Assembly (NCBI GenBank): GCA_026390655.1
Contig: JAPLFN010000120.1
Span: 1-38,252 of the forward strand
DNA length: 38,252 bases
Direction of reading: 5' to 3'
Source: Candidatus Kapaibacterium sp.
GTDB lineage: Bacteria; Bacteroidota; Ignavibacteria; Kapaibacteriales; Kapaibacteriaceae
Position 1 is the first letter of the stretch. Each line of letters begins with the position of its first letter. Position numbers and translations under genes: made by a program. The notes under the pieces were generated by a model. That model was given only the letters and a program-made list of their open reading frames with translations, had not been told where the DNA came from and made no database searches. Below, piece after piece: positions 9,728 to 18,470 of the stretch.

Positions 9728-10627
9728 TCAATACCCAAGACTTGCCAGTTGCGTGCGGTCATTGCGCCAGTCGTTGCGGACCTTGACGTAGAGTTCTAGG
9801 AAGACGGGCTTGCCGAGATGGGCTTCAATAGTGGCTCTGGACGCCTCACCAACCTGCTTCAAGGCGCTGCCCTTGGCACCGATGAGGATGGCCTTTTGGT
9901 TCTCGCGCTCAACAACAATATCGGCTGCGATGTACCATTTGCCCTTGGTGCCTTCTTCGCGCTCTTTGAAGTCGGTTATCGAAACATCAGCAGCGTAGGG
10001 GATCTCTTCGGAAAACTGCTTAAAAATAGCTTCTCGGATAAACTCTGCTACGAAGAAACGCTCCGTTTGATCGGAGACGATTTCGGAGTCGTACTCAAAA
10101 GGATTTTCCGGTGCTAACTCACTCAACATTGCAATGAGGTCAACAACAAAGGAGTTGTCTTTTGCGCTGATCGCAATTGCTTGCGTAAAAAGTCCGCTCA
10201 ATCGCGCTTGCTCAATAAGAACCATTGCCTCCTTGGGAACACCAAGCATGTCCATCTTATTGAGGACGAGAATAACGGGGGTCTTGCGTTTTGTGATCTC
10301 TTCCGACCACATGGGGTCGATGACATTCCCGCGTTCAAAGGCCTTCTTTACGTCTACGATAATGCAAATGATGTCGGCGGCATCGAGCGACTCATCAACA
10401 TATGACATCATATGTTTTTGCATCCGATACTTCGGTGCAAGAAGTCCAGGAGTGTCAAGAAAAATCAGCTGCGTGTCGCCTTCTGTATGAATGCCCAATA
10501 CGCGCTTGCGCGTGGTCTGAGGTTTATTTGTGACGATGCTTAAGTGCATGCCAAGGATGGCATTCATCAACGTGGATTTTCCGGCGTTGGGTCTTCCAAC
10601 GAGGGCAACTGTTGCGCAACGCGTCAC
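9728..10627 (-). CDS. era: GTPase Era
   Basis: GRPNAGKSTL, KPQTTR, DTPG, NKMD, EEIPY, KH domain ILIGAKGSALK. Confidence 0.98.
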   Translation of the reverse strand: MTRCATVALVGRPNAGKSTLMNAILGMHLSIVTNKPQTTRKRVLGIHTEGDTQLIFLDTPGLLAPKYRMQKHMMSYVDESLDAADIICIIVDVKKAFERGNVIDPMWSEEITKRKTPVILVLNKMDMLGVPKEAMVLIEQARLSGLFTQAIAISAKDNSFVVDLIAMLSELAPENPFEYDSEIVSDQTERFFVAEFIREAIFKQFSEEIPYAADVSITDFKEREEGTKGKWYIAADIVVERENQKAILIGAKGSALKQVGEASRATIEAHLGKPVFLELYVKVRNDWRNDRTQLASLGY

Positions 10628-10929
10628 GCTACCTCTGTTGGCGTAGGTTGGAACGTAACGTCGGGATGTGCGGCCGTGTACGCACGCTCTCGCTCAATGA
10701 TCTCACGCACTGCAGGCTTCATGAACTGGTCATCCGGAATGAGTCTGCTCAACGCACGCGCCAGGATTACAGCCGCCGCTTCCAACGGCATCGAGCGGTT
10801 GAGGATGATGAGTCGCTGCTCATGCACTACACAGGCGCCACCACGGAATGTACCCGATTCGCGACGTACGTTGTAGTCCAATGTCTTTGCCAGTTCCATG
10901 AGTTCTTCGAGAAGCTTTTCTGCCTTCAT
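10624..10929 (-). CDS. Conserved hypothetical protein, possibly IrrE/ImmA-like fold without HExxH
   Basis: Stop/start overlap with both neighbours; VRRESGTFRGGACVV...LIILNR. Confidence 0.7.
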   Translation of the reverse strand: MKAEKLLEELMELAKTLDYNVRRESGTFRGGACVVHEQRLIILNRSMPLEAAAVILARALSRLIPDDQFMKPAVREIIERERAYTAAHPDVTFQPTPTEVA

Positions 10930-11477
10930 GATGCGGTGCTGTCCGTTAAGGGTTTCTGTAAGGGGCGAATGGTGCAGAACAAGATGATCGTAAGTGCCGC
11001 AAAGAGCGACATTCCAAGCATGACGTTTACAGCCGTATTTGTGTACCGATGAAGGAACACGCCGATGATCTCCGCTGGCTGCGCGAACGGCATTCCCGTT
11101 GTTCTGTCAAAGAAGGTCCAAAGCTGATAGTCTTCCCAGGCGACATAGGCTTGTACGGGAATCAAGAGCACGAGCAGGATAGCCGACATAAGCAACCACC
11201 CATGCGTCTTGAACGATCTGCGCACCAGGATCGCTGTGCCCACTCCTCCAACTGTGCATGTGAGGAAGGACCAACCTGTCCAGCCCCCTAACAAGGTAAA
11301 AAGCCAGATGGTATGCAGGCGGACAGATTCCGACTGTGTTGGCTTAAACACGAGCGTACCGGGTACAAAAACGTCAAACCCGACAACCATTCGTGCAACA
11401 CTTGCTCCAAGCCAAATCACGCCACCAAGGGCGAAGAGCGCAACAAAGACCCTGAAAGGCCAAGAAGAAAACGACAT
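10926..11477 (-). CDS. Integral membrane protein, about 4 TM helices
   Basis: Four hydrophobic segments; stop overlaps the next ATG. Confidence 0.75.
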   Translation of the reverse strand: MSFSSWPFRVFVALFALGGVIWLGASVARMVVGFDVFVPGTLVFKPTQSESVRLHTIWLFTLLGGWTGWSFLTCTVGGVGTAILVRRSFKTHGWLLMSAILLVLLIPVQAYVAWEDYQLWTFFDRTTGMPFAQPAEIIGVFLHRYTNTAVNVMLGMSLFAALTIILFCTIRPLQKPLTDSTAS

Positions 11478-11494
11478 GGACGAAGTTACGGAGG

Positions 11495-11522
11495 GTAGCG
11501 CGATAGCATGCTATCGCGCTAC
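11495..11522. repeat. Perfect 28-bp palindrome, GTAG-type REP-like
   Basis: GTAGCGCGATAGCATGCTATCGCGCTAC equals its own reverse complement. Confidence 0.85.
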
Positions 11523-11531
11523 AAATGCATT

Positions 11532-12524
11532 CTACCGGTAGCTATAGTACACCTTCGTTAGCCATTTCGACGGATCCTTCTCCGATGCGGGGTCGGAAAC
11601 ATACTCCTCAAAAGGGGCTCCTACGGCTGTCTTGCCGTGGTCTTTGAGCCATTTCAGGCATGCATCATGCGCCATCTCGCTCTTTTCATACGGGCCGTAG
11701 TAGTGGGCAATGATCATTGGGCCCTTACCGAGGATGACGGGATGAATCGATGCGTTGCCTTTTACAGGGGACTTGATGGGGATTACTGCTTCCATGTCTG
11801 TAGTCTTGCCATCCCAACTATGGTAGATGGCCATTGGGTAGCCATCCATGGTGATGGCATTCTGAGCCATGAACTGCATGATTGCGCCATAGCTGCGTGC
11901 TAGAGTGGTACCGATTTCCAAGGCATTAATAGTGGACCGAATCCCAAGTCCGAACCCGCCCTCGCACGTGTACTCCTCCATTTGAACGATCTTACCCATG
12001 ACGATCTTCTTTGCTGGTGCCGACATGTTGTCAATACCTTTTTCAAAGTCAGGGCCTACCATCAAATCAAGAACAACATTGAACCAACGCGATATGATGT
12101 TGCCCTTTGCATCTGTATCCAACGTCCACGTTACCTCGGTGCCATTATCTTTGGGTGTGAATGTGAATGTTGCAAGCGCCGGACCCATGTTGCCGAAGAC
12201 AAGGTCGATCTCGATCTTCTCTGGTGATGATGTTTTAATGGTGTACGATCCCTTGTCGAGCTTGTCACTGACCCATGTATACTTGGCACCAACTCCGGAG
12301 TGCGGACCTGAGAAGGTGAGCACGGCATTTGTGTCCATGGCTAGCCACGGTGACCAGCTCTTGACGAGGCTGAGGTCGTTGACCAGTTCATACGCCTGAC
12401 GTGGGGATGCATCCACATGGCCTGTCCGAGCCACATGCCCCTTGTCAGAAAGAAGAAGTCCGCCAATAAAAATGATGGCGGCGATGCAGGCAAGAACGAT
12501 ACCGACCCATTTGAGAATTTTCAT
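11532..12524 (-). CDS. SRPBCC (polyketide cyclase-like) plus GyrI-like small-molecule-binding protein with N-terminal TM anchor
   Basis: WSPW...GVGAKYTW, GTEVTW, GPDFEKG; C-terminal HYYGPYE, PFEEYVSDP...WLTKVYY; GGAG before MKILKW. Confidence 0.85.
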   Translation of the reverse strand: MKILKWVGIVLACIAAIIFIGGLLLSDKGHVARTGHVDASPRQAYELVNDLSLVKSWSPWLAMDTNAVLTFSGPHSGVGAKYTWVSDKLDKGSYTIKTSSPEKIEIDLVFGNMGPALATFTFTPKDNGTEVTWTLDTDAKGNIISRWFNVVLDLMVGPDFEKGIDNMSAPAKKIVMGKIVQMEEYTCEGGFGLGIRSTINALEIGTTLARSYGAIMQFMAQNAITMDGYPMAIYHSWDGKTTDMEAVIPIKSPVKGNASIHPVILGKGPMIIAHYYGPYEKSEMAHDACLKWLKDHGKTAVGAPFEEYVSDPASEKDPSKWLTKVYYSYR

Positions 12525-12669
12525 GACCATCTCCATAATACTTGACGTAGCCATTTCGAAGTTCGGTTCAAGTTCTATTTCGACGGCAATATCCACTTCT
12601 TTCTCTTCACATTCAACCCTTAGGTAGCATCGCTCCTTGGTTCCGGAAATTGACGTTTAAGACTCTGTA

Positions 12670-15600
12670 TCACCTAGCAACACGCATCAACGCTCTTGTG
12701 TTTGAACTCCCAACAGACACGCTATAGACTCCAACAGGGAGCGTTGACACGTCAAGACCGGCAATGCTCAACCCCGTCGTGCTGAGTTTGATCATTGTGC
12801 GAAGCACTTCTCTGCCCGCCAGATCTGTAACGATAAGATCTGTGATGGTAGGTTCTGCTTGGGCAAGATTGCCACTATTACTTGCAGCAATCAACACGGT
12901 CACCAATTCTGATGCCGGCTGCGGAATCACTTCGATGGTATTCTCTGTGAACCCTTGGCCAGAAGCCTCAATGGTCTTCATCTTTCTCAGATCCAGCACT
13001 CTTGACACTTCTTGTGTCTTGCCCTGCCTTGCACCTACGGGCGTTGGCTCCAATTCGATGTCCGTTGCAATTCCGGCATCCTCGTCCGTGCATTCCAACA
13101 CGAACCGGTATTGCTCTGACTTTGTACTTACAAATCGCCACTGAAAATCGGTTGTCTTGTTGGCGGTGGCCTTCATGTTGGTGTACTGTGGCGCAAAGAG
13201 ATTCAGCGGTAGCACGGCGCCGTCACTCTTGCGTTCAAGCCAAGCCTCGGCATTTTCTGCTGATTCACCGCTAGCGATCGACGATAATCCCAAGTCACCG
13301 ATCTCAGGAAGTTCAAACCAGGTGCTCTGAACTCTTTGAGCGTGATCGCGTGCGTATGTTGTTATCGGCGCTTCCAAACTCATTTCGAGTTCTTGCCCAT
13401 CAACCAAAATGCGTGACATCATGGCATCGAAGCCTTCGCCCCGGTAGCCCAAGAACGTGCGAGATAACTGATATCCGGGTTGGTCTTCTTTGTCTTCTGC
13501 TGCTGTTACCTTATAGAAACCTTCTGAAGACCTGCCGATAGACGGAGCCTGCTGATAGGTGCCATCAACGAAAGGCCACTGCTCATAAATACGTCTGCCC
13601 ATCGTAAGTCCATGATAGCGCGACGCTGAGTGCTTGGCCGCAGAGTGATGGTGACGTCCTCTTTCGGTGATCAGCCTGACGATGGCTCTGCTCGTTAGCG
13701 CCGGATCCCACATGGCCGACATACCGGGTGAGCCCATAAGGTCCCAGCCGAAATTTATCTGCCACAGTTTACCGTCATTAAAGCCAAACTGCGGTTTCTC
13801 ATCAAAGCACATCACCATGCTGCTGTCGTCATAGTCCCAGGACTGCGGGCGGGGCGCTCCGCCATACACGGTTTTTTGTTCTCCAAGTGATAGTTCAGGA
13901 TTTTCAAGCGAGAGCATCGAAAAGACAAAGCCCGGTGCGTTGGTCCATAGGCGCGTGGTGTCTCGTCCCTTGCATGGCAAGTCTTCAATACCGTCAACGG
14001 CCCGTCTGCCGATCATCGAGGCTCCCCACGCGGGCGGATTACTCTGCGGCTGGTGCGCGTTATACGTCCAAGCAATCCTGTCGGCCTTGTGATTAATGAG
14101 CCCCACGGAGTCGATAAATCCCTGCGGGCTATGAAACCCCGATTGGTCATAGTCTGTAAGCGAGCGGTAGATCGTAGGCTTCCCAACATAGTCATTGGCG
14201 TTTCCTTGGTAGATGAGCGCTACGCGTTTGTTATCAAACAATGGCAGAACTGTGATTGGCACTTTATCGTTGTAGCCCAGTTCACGTCTGAGCACGCCTG
14301 CGTTAGATCGAAGATGCGTATAGTAAATCTTGTTGCCCCAGTCACATCCGAACGTATTAGGTGTGCCGTCCTGCCACGCCAAAGCGCAGTCTTCTTCGCC
14401 GATCTCTAGACGAGAGTAACTGTTGAGCGTTGGATACATCGGCTTCGAGATCGTGTTAGGGCCAAGCCGAATCGATTGAAGCTGCGGCAGCACAAAGGCG
14501 CGTTCATGAGGCTGCTTAAAGCCGTAGACGATGCCGCGCTGGAAGTCACTCCAGGCGTAGTAGTTGCCCAAATGTGATGCGTTGATAACTGGCGTTCCCC
14601 AGAAGTCAAGACGTGAGGCGTAGGGATATTCGTTAACACAATTTTGATTTGTACTGGAGTACACCTCGTCGATCACTCGCGATCCCAGCGCCAATGTGCG
14701 GTAGTTGGCATCCTGATCTGCTCGAGTGGGAGCATCTGCCCACAACTGTGCTTCACAAATAGAAATGTCAGGGATGTTCGGCCCCGGTGCCACGGTGTTT
14801 TCACATGCATAGACCACGTATGCCTTTGACACACCGCTCTGGCGGTCAAAGCGAACAACAATTGACGGGTAGCCGCACGAGGGCGTACCTTGCAGGCGCT
14901 CAGTGGGGACGATAAAGTCGTTTAGCCGAATTTCTTCTTCCCACTGCACGTCACCACCGGCTGAGAATGTAGCTTCCGAGCCTCCAGAAGAGTAGAGAGG
15001 GAAACTTCGGCGGTAATACACTGACAACACATTAGGACCCACTTGAGGATCAGGATTCAAACGCCTGTGATACACCATGTGATAGCGCACAGTATCGTTG
15101 TGCTTCATAAGAACAAGTGTGGCGTCCGAACAGTTGGTTGAAGAATCCGGATGAACCCTGACAACAGTATCAAGACCTGCAAAGGCCGGAAACACTACCA
15201 TCTTGCGCTGCGTGTTGTGCGAAAGCCACCCGCGCGCTATGCCTCGCTCATCGGCGGCCAACACGTCAACTTGAAGCATCTTGCCTTCGCCCGGGAGCAT
15301 GTTGATCGATAGCTCTCTGTCTTGGCCGATCACGGTGTCGATGCCGCCACCGAGTTCACGCACTCGAAGCAGACGGTAGCGTCCATCGATGTGCTGATAC
15401 GAAAACGGTACGGTGATTTCGCGCGCGCCGCGCTGCGCATAGCGTTCTTCCGGATGAGCAGTCGTGCTGTCATTCCAATCGTTATGCGTTACAAAATGCC
15501 ACTGTGCTGTAGTGATCGTATCGGGCGAGGTATTGAACGCCTGTCCATGAGCCATCATGCGTGGATCGGTGCGCCTGTTGAGTACTCCGATCACCCAGCG

Positions 15601-17925
15601 GTTCAGCATGGATTCCTCACCGGCAAAGGCGTGCAGTGTAAGATCAACAAAGCTTGAATCATAAGGCTCATAGTTATAGTAGCCTAGTGAATCGTTGTTT
15701 AGATGACCATGTATATCTGTGCCCGTTCCCACGTATATCCTTCGCCGTGGGTGACGGGTTTTCATTCGTGTGGAAATTGTTGAGCCGAACACTCGGTTTA
15801 GACATCCTGTGTTATTTGGATGCTCAAGGTTGATGACTCCGAAGCCTTTGCCCCACCAACCTTGCAGGCGCAGGTTCATGAGTGGATGCAAGGCGGTCGG
15901 GGTGGTAGTTGCAATAGGTGTGCGCCCTAGCGAGCTGCGCATGTTTTCTACCTGGTCCGATACTTCGGCTAGTGTTTGACGCATTCCTCTCATGCCCATG
16001 AATATGCGTGAAACACCGCCCGCAGGTGCTGCGTTATTGTTAAGCCTTCGTGCGACTTCCTCAAGCCCAGTGGCGGCGTTGAGCGAGTCATCCATAAGAA
16101 ACGCAGTGCAGTTCGTTGGGTCTGTTTGCACCAGATAATCTGGACCGAATGCTTCATCATTGATGACCTGATTGGCCGTTGATGCGGTAAAAGATGCAAG
16201 AGGAAACAGTGGAGGCGTCCATTGAATTCCCGTTTCATAGTTGCGCACGTCTTCTTCTGTGCCACCTGCCTTAAAACGCGGCGCAGTATTCGGTACCGCG
16301 GCCAGCGCTTGGCCGTCCTCGGTGCCAGAGATTCCTTTGTAGACCATGAAACCTTTTGCGCCAAGCACCAGTGGCATCCAGTAGCTAAGGCGCATCTCAG
16401 GACCGCTCTTGGCTCTGTTATTTAGGTAGGCCGCCCAATGATGCATGGGCTGCTCAGCACCGTTGCCGGCAAGAGTACGCAGGTACATCTGCGGCCAGAC
16501 ATTGGAGATCCAAGGAGTGTACCTTCCCGGATGTGAGAAGTTCTGTCCAAAGAGCAGACCGGGCTCCGGCATGAATGCAATGCACAGCATAGCCTCTAAG
16601 GACCCCTGTATGCCGCCGTTTTGTCCGGATACATTCTCTAGCAGTAGTGCAAGAGAATCCGCGGTCGCTGGCAATGGGTTGGGATGAGGGTCTTTGGGGC
16701 GGAACTCTAAAAATGTTTCAGGGTCATCCTGAAACGCCGTCCCTGTGTTTGGTGCGTCCGAAAGTAGCGGCAGTGGCCATTGATTCGAAGGCTGCGGAAA
16801 GCGCATGTTTACCATGCCATACTTCAGCCCTGCCCGTTGGTTGAGGTTCCTCTCAAACCATGGCCTAAGTCGCGCGTCATACTGCGCGTCCGTTTCGCCC
16901 GTATTCTTTGCAAACGGCAGTGCTCCGCCTCTGTCATAGCCCCTCTGTATATCATAGCCGGCGATGTCATGGCTTGTGTTAAAACCCGCGCCTTGCCAGA
17001 ACGTGGATTGTAATAGGCAGTGCTGCTGTTTTACGGAGTTCTGCGCACCTACCTCGGTGATCAGTGTGGTGTCGAGCAAGATGTTAACGCGCCGAAACAC
17101 AAGCCAGTGCATGATCTCGGCTTCGTCCCTGCCATAGAAGCGCCAAATGCGCGCAGGAGGATTGCCGCCCACGCCTACGCGGGTTGTAAAATTGTGTGCG
17201 GGGTCATCCAAGTTTAATCGCGTTGCAACACGGTCTAGATACAAGTTGACAGAATCTTGGATCTGATTGTCAAAGTCACCAAACAAAACGTCCGTGGCAT
17301 GCGGTGTCTCAATCCGAAGAGAGCGAATCTCTACGCCCAAACCAGATGCAACGTCTTGGTTGTGAAAGACCTCAATTCCAAGGTGGCTCATCACGTCAGG
17401 CAGTGCAGTCTTTCCGCTGTTGGCACGTACCTGGACGTTGTTGCGGTCTCCGTTATTAACTGCTCCACTATCGCATAAAAACTCGGCCCAGAGAGTCACC
17501 AGCTCTCCGTCTGCGTCACCAAGCGGTGGCAGCATGTTGCGGCGGATGAGGAATTCCGTGGTGTGGTCGGTGAGTGGCAATGCTAATGTTGGTCTTTCTG
17601 ACAATCTGCCACTAGGCACAATTGCACCTCCTTCAGTAAATGTGCCTGCATTGTGCAAGGGTGGCGGTACGTTTGCCGGTAGACGGTTGAACTCGATAAA
17701 ACGAGTACGACTGGCGGGGTTTACCGGTATGGAAGCTGTGCCAATTTCATACGGCAGTCTGATGCGCAGGATGATGTTGTCTGGATCAGAGCCTGCAGGG
17801 TTTGCCTCAGTCCTGCGTAGCGTGACCGCTACGCGAAGGATGAACGTGTTGAGGGAGGTGAGGTGCGGGTCAGTACCTCTATTTGGTCCCTGACGAGGGT
17901 CAGTCCATACGGTGTTGTAGAACCG
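12670..17925 (-). CDS. Main part of a ~1900-aa T9SS-secreted protein (GH-like barrel segment, propeller-like repeats, type A CTD)
   Basis: Frame is open from 17925 and has no signal peptide of its own; C-terminal IEVIPQPASE...TDLAGREV...LDVSTLPVGVYSV is a T9SS sorting domain. Confidence 0.8.
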   Translation of the reverse strand, partial: RFYNTVWTDPRQGPNRGTDPHLTSLNTFILRVAVTLRRTEANPAGSDPDNIILRIRLPYEIGTASIPVNPASRTRFIEFNRLPANVPPPLHNAGTFTEGGAIVPSGRLSERPTLALPLTDHTTEFLIRRNMLPPLGDADGELVTLWAEFLCDSGAVNNGDRNNVQVRANSGKTALPDVMSHLGIEVFHNQDVASGLGVEIRSLRIETPHATDVLFGDFDNQIQDSVNLYLDRVATRLNLDDPAHNFTTRVGVGGNPPARIWRFYGRDEAEIMHWLVFRRVNILLDTTLITEVGAQNSVKQQHCLLQSTFWQGAGFNTSHDIAGYDIQRGYDRGGALPFAKNTGETDAQYDARLRPWFERNLNQRAGLKYGMVNMRFPQPSNQWPLPLLSDAPNTGTAFQDDPETFLEFRPKDPHPNPLPATADSLALLLENVSGQNGGIQGSLEAMLCIAFMPEPGLLFGQNFSHPGRYTPWISNVWPQMYLRTLAGNGAEQPMHHWAAYLNNRAKSGPEMRLSYWMPLVLGAKGFMVYKGISGTEDGQALAAVPNTAPRFKAGGTEEDVRNYETGIQWTPPLFPLASFTASTANQVINDEAFGPDYLVQTDPTNCTAFLMDDSLNAATGLEEVARRLNNNAAPAGGVSRIFMGMRGMRQTLAEVSDQVENMRSSLGRTPIATTTPTALHPLMNLRLQGWWGKGFGVINLEHPNNTGCLNRVFGSTISTRMKTRHPRRRIYVGTGTDIHGHLNNDSLGYYNYEPYDSSFVDLTLHAFAGEESMLNRWVIGVLNRRTDPRMMAHGQAFNTSPDTITTAQWHFVTHNDWNDSTTAHPEERYAQRGAREITVPFSYQHIDGRYRLLRVRELGGGIDTVIGQDRELSINMLPGEGKMLQVDVLAADERGIARGWLSHNTQRKMVVFPAFAGLDTVVRVHPDSSTNCSDATLVLMKHNDTVRYHMVYHRRLNPDPQVGPNVLSVYYRRSFPLYSSGGSEATFSAGGDVQWEEEIRLNDFIVPTERLQGTPSCGYPSIVVRFDRQSGVSKAYVVYACENTVAPGPNIPDISICEAQLWADAPTRADQDANYRTLALGSRVIDEVYSSTNQNCVNEYPYASRLDFWGTPVINASHLGNYYAWSDFQRGIVYGFKQPHERAFVLPQLQSIRLGPNTISKPMYPTLNSYSRLEIGEEDCALAWQDGTPNTFGCDWGNKIYYTHLRSNAGVLRRELGYNDKVPITVLPLFDNKRVALIYQGNANDYVGKPTIYRSLTDYDQSGFHSPQGFIDSVGLINHKADRIAWTYNAHQPQSNPPAWGASMIGRRAVDGIEDLPCKGRDTTRLWTNAPGFVFSMLSLENPELSLGEQKTVYGGAPRPQSWDYDDSSMVMCFDEKPQFGFNDGKLWQINFGWDLMGSPGMSAMWDPALTSRAIVRLITERGRHHHSAAKHSASRYHGLTMGRRIYEQWPFVDGTYQQAPSIGRSSEGFYKVTAAEDKEDQPGYQLSRTFLGYRGEGFDAMMSRILVDGQELEMSLEAPITTYARDHAQRVQSTWFELPEIGDLGLSSIASGESAENAEAWLERKSDGAVLPLNLFAPQYTNMKATANKTTDFQWRFVSTKSEQYRFVLECTDEDAGIATDIELEPTPVGARQGKTQEVSRVLDLRKMKTIEASGQGFTENTIEVIPQPASELVTVLIAASNSGNLAQAEPTITDLIVTDLAGREVLRTMIKLSTTGLSIAGLDVSTLPVGVYSVSVGSSNTRALMRVAR

Positions 17926-18470
17926 TCACCTGTGCGCGTTCCCCGAAAGCGATCTGCAAAACCAAAGACAGAGCCCGTGGCGTCCGTAGGCTCCAGATCG
18001 ACATCGTTCGTTGCCGAGTTAAAATTGAGCCACGGCGCGAACTCCACGGCAGGAGCTTCCGAAGGGTTGGTCTCTATAGTCATACCAGGTCGTGCGTCCG
18101 TCACCCCACGAACAACGGACACGAGTTGGATTCCGGGGAAGTATGTTGAGTCGAATATCGCCTGCATGTCGTCGGGATGCGTGGGACCGTTGTGAAACGC
18201 GTCAAAGTAATCAGAGACGTGCCAGCGCCTTCCTCTGAAGCGCTCGCCGAGTTTGCTCCGTGGCGCGGCCCAATTCCAGCCGAAGCTGAAATCTGCTTCC
18301 GCGAAATCGACGACCGCTTCTCGCGCTGCCGTGTAGGCTGTGTTCGTATGCGGCGGAACGTATGTTGCCCCTGGCTTCCAGCCAAGCGAAGGCAAGGGCG
18401 CAGGGCGGGGCTGAGCGTACAAGGCAGCAGTGCCCATTAGCAGACACAATACTACAATCGGCGTCCTCAT
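17829..18470 (-). pseudogene. N-terminal part (with signal peptide) of the same T9SS protein, separated by a -1 frame break
   Basis: MRTPIVVLCLLMGTAALYAQ signal; ATGA overlap with the upstream stop; overlaps the downstream open frame at 17829-17925. Confidence 0.7.
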
